Position numbers and translations under genes: made by a program. A stretch of DNA of 43,401 nt from an uncultured Collinsella sp. (lineage in GTDB: Bacteria > Actinomycetota > Coriobacteriia > Coriobacteriales > Coriobacteriaceae), in NCBI GenBank assembly GCA_958441355.1, contig CAUCCR010000001.1, positions 1-43,401 of the forward strand, given 5' to 3'. The notes under the pieces are model-generated. The model was not told the DNA's origin. It ran no database searches and worked only from the letters and a program-made list of their open reading frames with translations. This document shows, piece after piece, positions 37,855 through 43,401 of this stretch. Position 1 is the first letter of the stretch. The number at the start of each line of letters is the position of its first letter.

Positions 37855-38859
37855 ATGGCCGCTGTTAAAAAATCGGTATCCGTCAAAGACGTAGCGCGCC
37901 TCGCGGGCGTCTCGGAGCAGACGGTCTCGCGTACGGTGCACGATTCGCCCAGCGTGCGCCCCGAGACCAAGGAGCGGGTGCGTGCCGCCATGCGCGAGCT
38001 GGGGTATCGTCCCAATTTTGCCGGGCGATCGCTGCGCCGCGGCAAGTTTAAGACCGTCGGCGTTGCCATGTTCAACATTACCGGTACCGGCAACCTCGAC
38101 CGTATGGAGGGCTTTACCGCCGCCGCCGATAAGCACGGCTATGCCATCACCCTCACTAAAGTAGACGGGCATCCGTATACCCTCGAGAGCGCATCGTCGC
38201 GCATGAGCGCGCTGCCGGTGGACGGTATAGTCGTGATTATGAACCGCATGCCGGCGGACTTTGGCACCTTTGAGCCGCTGCCCGGTATGCAGACGGTGCT
38301 CGTTACCATGCTGGAGCACCCGCTGTGCTCGACGGTCGATAACGACCAGTTCGATTGCTCGCGCCAGGTGGTCGAGTACTTGCTGGAGCAGGGGCACAAG
38401 ACCGTGCACTTTATCTCATGCCCCGAGCGCTCGCTTTCGGGCATGCGGCGCGAGGAAGGCTGGCGTGAGACATTGCGTGCGCATGGCATTGAGCCACCGC
38501 AGCTCGTCCGTGGCGACTGGACGGCGCAGAGTGGATATGCTGCCGGCCAGGTGCTTGCGGATGATCCGACCTGCACGGCCATTTATGCCTCCAACGATGC
38601 CATGGCATATGGCTGTATCCGTGGGCTCGAGTCGCGCGGGAAGTGCGTGCCCCAGGACGTGAGCGTGGTGGGTGTTGACGATAGCCTGGGCGATATCGTG
38701 CCCGACCGTCGCCTGACCACGGTGCGCTTTGACAACAAGCGCGTCGGCATGTGGGCGGTCGACAAGATTGCCGGCGCCGAGGGCGTTGAACCCGGTGTGG
38801 AGCACATGCTGTTTCCAGGCGTGCTCGTCGAGGGCGATACCGTGCGCGATTGGCGCTAG
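37855..38859 (+). CDS. LacI family transcriptional regulator 3
   Basis: KDVARLAGVSEQTVSRT, SNDAMA.G, VPQDVSVVGVDD. Confidence 0.93.
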   Translation: MAAVKKSVSVKDVARLAGVSEQTVSRTVHDSPSVRPETKERVRAAMRELGYRPNFAGRSLRRGKFKTVGVAMFNITGTGNLDRMEGFTAAADKHGYAITLTKVDGHPYTLESASSRMSALPVDGIVVIMNRMPADFGTFEPLPGMQTVLVTMLEHPLCSTVDNDQFDCSRQVVEYLLEQGHKTVHFISCPERSLSGMRREEGWRETLRAHGIEPPQLVRGDWTAQSGYAAGQVLADDPTCTAIYASNDAMAYGCIRGLESRGKCVPQDVSVVGVDDSLGDIVPDRRLTTVRFDNKRVGMWAVDKIAGAEGVEPGVEHMLFPGVLVEGDTVRDWR

Positions 38860-39073
38860 GGCGCGGGTCTGTTTGGGTTTCCGCTAATTGTGTTCGATAT
38901 TGTTCAGATTGGTTTAAAAACCGTTCACGGGCGAAAAGTGACCGTTCATAGCTCGAAATTACGTTTTGCGCTGTTCTTTTTTGTTTGAATGTTATTGTTT
39001 CTGTCATACACAACGCAGCGCGTATGCCCGGACGCGATGCCCTCCATTGGTTCATATGTGAAAGGAACGCAAT

Positions 39074-39412
39074 ATGGCAACCAAAGAAGAAATCTCGATG
39101 GTTGGATTCGAGATTGTCGCATACGCAGGTGACGCCCAGACCGATCTGCTTGCAGCGCTCGATGCTGCTCGCGAGGGTGACTTTGAGAAGGCCGAGCAGC
39201 TGCACAAGGATGCCAGCGATGCACTCATCGGTGCCCACGACACGCAGACCAAGCTGCTTTCGCAGGAGGCCGGCGGCGGCGAGATGGAGATGACCTTCAT
39301 CATGGCCCATGCTCAGGATACCCTCATGACTACCATGATTCTGGAGAAGCAGGCCCGCTTTACCATCGATGCCTACAAGCGCATTGCCGAGCTCGAGGCC
39401 AAGCTCGCCTAA
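39074..39412 (+). CDS. lacF: PTS lactose-family EIIA
   Basis: GFEIVAYAGDA, AHDTQT.LL..EA, MAHAQD.LMT. Confidence 0.93.
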   Translation: MATKEEISMVGFEIVAYAGDAQTDLLAALDAAREGDFEKAEQLHKDASDALIGAHDTQTKLLSQEAGGGEMEMTFIMAHAQDTLMTTMILEKQARFTIDAYKRIAELEAKLA

Positions 39413-39440
39413 CGAGCCCTCACAACCAAGTCCCCTTCCA

Positions 39441-39480
39441 AAAGCTCTGCCGCAGACTCGCGACAGGGCTTTTTCTTTTT
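39441..39480 (+). terminator. Rho-independent terminator
   Basis: AAAGCTCTG.CGC..GCG.CAGGGCTTT with long T-tract. Confidence 0.6.
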
Positions 39481-39608
39481 ACCCGGCACTTGGGGACGTT
39501 CCTTATCTGCCGGCAGTTAGGGACACTCCTGCCATGCATTTGATCCTTTGAGGATGGAAGAAAACGGGTTATTAGGTTTGTTGCGGTGCCGACTCGACCC
39601 GTCGGTTA

Positions 39609-39762
39609 CAAAACTATGCCGGTTTACTACGATGAATCGTATTCTTTCAACTATAGAAAGAACAGCGTTATCAAAGCCGCAGGTAGAAAGCTTGCCATTT
39701 TCTGCTAATAGCAAATGTGGTCGGTCCTATCGGTTTTACGGTAGTAAACCGGCATAGTTTTG
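39609..39762. repeat. 154-bp inverted-repeat element, copy 2
   Basis: Left arm identical to copy 1; right arm GTAGTAAACCGGCATAGTTTTG; central CCGCAGGTAGA at the same offset. Confidence 0.85.
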
Positions 39763-39920
39763 AAATGGCACTGTTCGACTAGCAGCGTTATGGAGCTTCT
39801 GCACGCCCTCCCGTTCGGTTTTTCGCTGGATGGGTATACTTTCACCCGCAATACAGGCCGGAATGAGGAGGTATCCAAATGCCGGATAACGGGTCAATAC
39901 AAAAAAGAGGTGCGCACGAG

Positions 39921-40883
39921 ATGGCCCATGGGCGTCCTGTCCAGATAACTGAGCATACGACGGTAACCGAGCTACAGCCCAGCCTGTCCGATATCGTGTG
40001 CGCAAACAAAAAGCTACAGATTGGCTTTATCGTTGCGCTCGTGGTACTGGCGCTGCTGTCGGGCTTTGTAGCTCGTCCGCATTTTGCCGATACCAAGACT
40101 TGGGACTCCACCATCGAGGTCATCGATCAAAAGAAGGGCAATGTTTTGGCGCTCACGACCTCGTGCGTCGCCCTATCTGCGGGTATCACTGCGCTGCCGG
40201 GCGATACGGGAACGCCAGTCGCCGAGCAGCTCGCGCAGCTTTCAGGCAACCTTGGTATCGTGCTTGCCGTGCTATACCTAGAGAAATATTTGCTTACGAT
40301 TTTGTGGTCGGTTGGCCTGGGCATCCTGATCCCGTTTGCGCTGGTGCTCTTTGCGATCTCACTTGGCATTCACGGACGCTGGAGCACGAGCACAGTCATT
40401 CGCCGCGTGGCAACGCGTGTGCTGGTGGTCGCCATAATTGGCATGGTGTTGGTGCCCGCAAGCGTATGGGTGTCGCAGAAGGTCGATGAAACGTATCGCG
40501 TAAGTATTGAGCAAGCTCAGCAAAAGGCTGCGGATGCGGCAGATAGCGACAGCTCCAAAGCAAGCAAGAAAAAGACCGAGTCCACAGAGTCCAAGAATGT
40601 GCTTGAGCAGCTTGCCGACGGTGCCTCGGGTCTCGTCACATCGGTGACCAGCGGTGCCAAGCAGATTACCGATGAAATTGTGCAGCAGGTGACCGATCTG
40701 ATCGAAGGCGTCATCGTGATGATCGTGACCTCGTGCGTGATTCCATTGCTGGTGCTCGCGGCGTTTTTGTGGCTGGGGCACGTGCTACTGGGGATTGATA
40801 TTTCCGGCCCGGCGAACTATCTGACGGGTCGCTTTCTGAGCGCTCCGTCCAAGCACGCCAAAAAGGGCGGGCAGTCCGAGTAG
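39921..40883 (+). CDS. Hypothetical membrane protein
   Basis: Several hydrophobic helices; SAGITALPGDTGTPVAEQLAQL, YLEKYLL, TSCVIPLLVL; start uncertain. Confidence 0.7.
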   Translation: MAHGRPVQITEHTTVTELQPSLSDIVCANKKLQIGFIVALVVLALLSGFVARPHFADTKTWDSTIEVIDQKKGNVLALTTSCVALSAGITALPGDTGTPVAEQLAQLSGNLGIVLAVLYLEKYLLTILWSVGLGILIPFALVLFAISLGIHGRWSTSTVIRRVATRVLVVAIIGMVLVPASVWVSQKVDETYRVSIEQAQQKAADAADSDSSKASKKKTESTESKNVLEQLADGASGLVTSVTSGAKQITDEIVQQVTDLIEGVIVMIVTSCVIPLLVLAAFLWLGHVLLGIDISGPANYLTGRFLSAPSKHAKKGGQSE

Positions 40884-40917
40884 CTAAAACAGCTGTATAT
40901 ACTGGGGCATACCGCCG

Positions 40918-40952
40918 AAGGGCGGCCGAGACACGTTCTCGGCCGCCCTTTT
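40918..40952 (+). terminator. Rho-independent terminator
   Basis: AAGGGCGGCCGAGA..TCTCGGCCGCCCTTTT. Confidence 0.85.
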
Positions 40953-41191
40953 GTTTGTTGAATGCGCGGTAAGCCGGGCCTTTTCTGAGTCCAAACGGTC
41001 AGCAACCATCCGCGAACGGTATTTGTTCAAAAAAGAACAAAGACAAACAAATTATTGTTGCAGTTAATGTTCGAATGTGTTCAAATAAACATGAACAGTG
41101 AAGAACCGCACATTCAGATGCCCGGACCTGAACGCGATTCAACACTTCCAAACAGAAACTACGCACCTGCGTATCTCTCAAGGAGGATGTC

Positions 41192-41620
41192 ATGAGAGTT
41201 GTAATCGCTTCCGATGCCGACGGTATGTCGATGAAGGAGTCCATCAAGGAGATGCTCATCGCCGACGGTCACGAGGTCGTCGACTATTCCGAGACCCCTG
41301 CCGCGGACTTTGTCGATTCCGCGACCGCCGTTGCCAAGGACCTGCTGGAGCACAAGGATTCCCAGGGCTTCGCATTCGATAAGTACGGTGTCGGCTCCTA
41401 TATGGCCGCCGTCAAGATCAAGGGCATGGTCGTCGCCAACATTTCCGACGAGCGTTCCGCTTACATGACCCGCGAGCACAACGGCTCGCGCATGGTCACC
41501 ATGGGCCCGGGCGTTGTGGGCACCGAGGTCGCAAAGAAGATCGCCCGCGAGTTCCTGCGCGCCCAGTATGCTGGCGGCCGTCACCAGATCCGTGTCGACA
41601 TGCTCAACAAGATGGCCTAA
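41192..41620 (+). CDS. lacA: Galactose-6-phosphate isomerase subunit LacA
   Basis: DFVDSA.AVA, D.YGVGSYMAA.KIKGMV.A.ISDERSAYMTREHN, YAGGRHQIRVDMLNKM. Confidence 0.95.
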   Translation: MRVVIASDADGMSMKESIKEMLIADGHEVVDYSETPAADFVDSATAVAKDLLEHKDSQGFAFDKYGVGSYMAAVKIKGMVVANISDERSAYMTREHNGSRMVTMGPGVVGTEVAKKIAREFLRAQYAGGRHQIRVDMLNKMA

Positions 41621-41683
41621 CGAGAGCCACCGAGAACTCGAACTTCTACCTCAACTTGTGAATTCAGACGAAAGGACGTTCTG

Positions 41684-42208
41684 ATGAAGAAGACCATCGC
41701 AATCGGTTGCGACCATATCGTTACGGACGAGAAGATCTATCTGGCCGACCGCCTGGAGCAGGCTGGCTACAAGGTGCTCGACTGCGGCACCTACAGCCAC
41801 ACCCGTACGCACTACCCCATCTACGGCAAGGCCGTGGGCGAGGCTGTTGCCAGCGGCAAGGCTGACTTTGGCGTGGCCCTGTGCGGCACCGGCATCGGCA
41901 TCACCAACGCCGTCAACAAGGTTCCCGGCGCCCGCTGCGCCCTGGTTCGCGACATGACCTCTGCCCTGTATGCCCGTCGCGAGCTCAACGCCAACATCGT
42001 GGGCTTTGGCGGCAAGATCACCGGCGAGTTCCTGATGGCCGACATCATGCTTGCCTTCCTGGAGGAGCCCTACGACAAGACTCCCGAGCACGATGCCTTG
42101 ATCGCCAAGATCGATGCCTGCAATAAGGCCGACGCCGAGGCTCAGGCCGACCCGCACTTCTTTGACGAGTTCCTGGAGAAGTGGGACCGCGGCGAATACC
42201 ACGACTAA
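41684..42208 (+). CDS. lacB: Galactose-6-phosphate isomerase subunit LacB
   Basis: [43 protein letters not shown]. Confidence 0.96.
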   Translation: MKKTIAIGCDHIVTDEKIYLADRLEQAGYKVLDCGTYSHTRTHYPIYGKAVGEAVASGKADFGVALCGTGIGITNAVNKVPGARCALVRDMTSALYARRELNANIVGFGGKITGEFLMADIMLAFLEEPYDKTPEHDALIAKIDACNKADAEAQADPHFFDEFLEKWDRGEYHD

Positions 42209-42405
42209 GGAGGTTCCGGCGTTCTACCGAACGCCAGACCAGTCGACGCTGCGAAGCCATCTGGCGGGCGAGCTACTCTGATAAAACTTTTGCTTGCTGA
42301 GCTCGTGTGCGTCGTTTTGGCGGTACCCGGCATTCTGCAGCTTTTTAATTGACGGCTCGCGTTTCTGTGAGGGGCGCGGGCCGGTTTTCTAAACAGGAGT
42401 CCAAC

Positions 42406-43341
42406 ATGATTCTGACCGTTACCATGAACCCGTCGATTGATACGCGCTATCAGCTCGACAAGCTGATCATCGACGATGTTAACCGCGTGATGCCCGAAAA
42501 GACCGCTGGTGGCAAGGGCCTCAACGTGAGCCGTGTGCTGCTGCAGCTGGGTGACGACGTGCTCGCGACCGGCCTGCTTGGCGGCCACATGGGTGCCTAT
42601 ATGGCCGAGCTCATGGATGCCGATGGCGTCAAGAATGACTTTGTGCCCATCGCCGGTGAGACGCGCATTTGCCTGAATATTCTGCACGAGGGTAATCAGA
42701 CCGAGCTGCTGGAGAGCGGCCCGCAGATCGCCCCGGCCGAGCTCGAGGCCTTTACGGCCAAGTTCGCCGAGCTTGCAGCGAAGGCGGACGTTGTGACGCT
42801 TTCGGGCTCGCTGCCGCGTGGCGTCGATGCCGGCTACTATGCCGAGCTCGTCAAGATCGCCGAGGAGGCGGGCGCTAAGGTGCTGCTCGACACCTCGGGT
42901 GCATCGCTGGAGGCCGCGCTGGAGTCCGACGCTAAGCCTGAGCTCGTAAAGCCCAACCTGACCGAGATTAATGGCCTGCTAGGTACGTCCTTTACGACCG
43001 ATGATATCGATGCCTTGCGTGAGGCGCTTGCCGCCGATGGCCGCTTTGCCGGTATCCCTTGGGTTGTCGTTTCGATGGGCGCTGCCGGCTCGGTGGGCTT
43101 CCATGAGGGTCGCGCGTTCCGCGCCAAGACGCCCGCGATTGCGGCAGTGAACGCGACGGGTTCCGGCGACTCGACCATCGCCGGCTTTGCGCATGCCATT
43201 GCTGCTGGTGCCGACGACATCACGGTGCTCAAGACCGCCAATACCTGCGGCAAGCTCAACGCCATGGATCCCAAAACTGGCCACCTGGTCATGGACCGCT
43301 GGGACGAGATCTACAACAGCGTTGTCGTGACTGAACTGTAG
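42406..43341 (+). CDS. lacC: Tagatose-6-phosphate kinase, copy 2
   Basis: Follows lacAB; same length (936 bp) and very similar to 18836-19771. Confidence 0.92.
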   Translation: MILTVTMNPSIDTRYQLDKLIIDDVNRVMPEKTAGGKGLNVSRVLLQLGDDVLATGLLGGHMGAYMAELMDADGVKNDFVPIAGETRICLNILHEGNQTELLESGPQIAPAELEAFTAKFAELAAKADVVTLSGSLPRGVDAGYYAELVKIAEEAGAKVLLDTSGASLEAALESDAKPELVKPNLTEINGLLGTSFTTDDIDALREALAADGRFAGIPWVVVSMGAAGSVGFHEGRAFRAKTPAIAAVNATGSGDSTIAGFAHAIAAGADDITVLKTANTCGKLNAMDPKTGHLVMDRWDEIYNSVVVTEL

Positions 43342-43342
43342 G

Positions 43343-43370
43343 GTTACGCGGTTTTACCAAACCGCGTAAC
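43343..43370. repeat. Hairpin directly after lacC
   Basis: GTTACGCGGTTT-TACC-AAACCGCGTAAC; no U-tract, so may be an intra-operon stabiliser. Confidence 0.6.
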
Positions 43371-43401
43371 GGCTCGACGCTGCAAACGCCCCTAAGCGGC
43401 A

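Overview
High-GC bacterial chromosome segment. Gene content and codon usage suggest a gut Coriobacteriia such as Collinsella (inference, not verified). Bases 1-9.8 kb are a housekeeping block: comF 3' end, a DUF559/Vsr-like putative endonuclease followed by a long inverted repeat, a raiA-motif ncRNA, a solute-binding lipoprotein, hpf/raiA, DegV, a beta-hydroxyacid dehydrogenase, an isocitrate dehydrogenase-family gene and a SurA/PrsA-like protein. Bases 9.9-43.4 kb are a Firmicutes-type galactoside/GalNAc catabolic region. It holds a mannose-family (Aga-like) PTS operon with yajC, GntR, agaS, nagA, lacX, lacC and a YhcH-family gene, then tRNA-Thr(CGU), an orphan EIIB lacking its phosphorylatable His, galM and a DeoR/LacR regulator. 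Three tandem LacI + lacE + lacG cassettes follow, then a single lacF and lacA-lacB-lacC. Non-coding structure not explained by the genes includes: three arrays of about 80-bp palindromic units (TGTAACA-N25-TGTTACA) at cassette junctions; a 154-bp inverted-repeat element present twice; a GAACGGT-type motif paired at exactly 21-bp spacing in six sugar-operon promoter regions; and cassette-specific LacI operators that co-vary with the repressor recognition helices.
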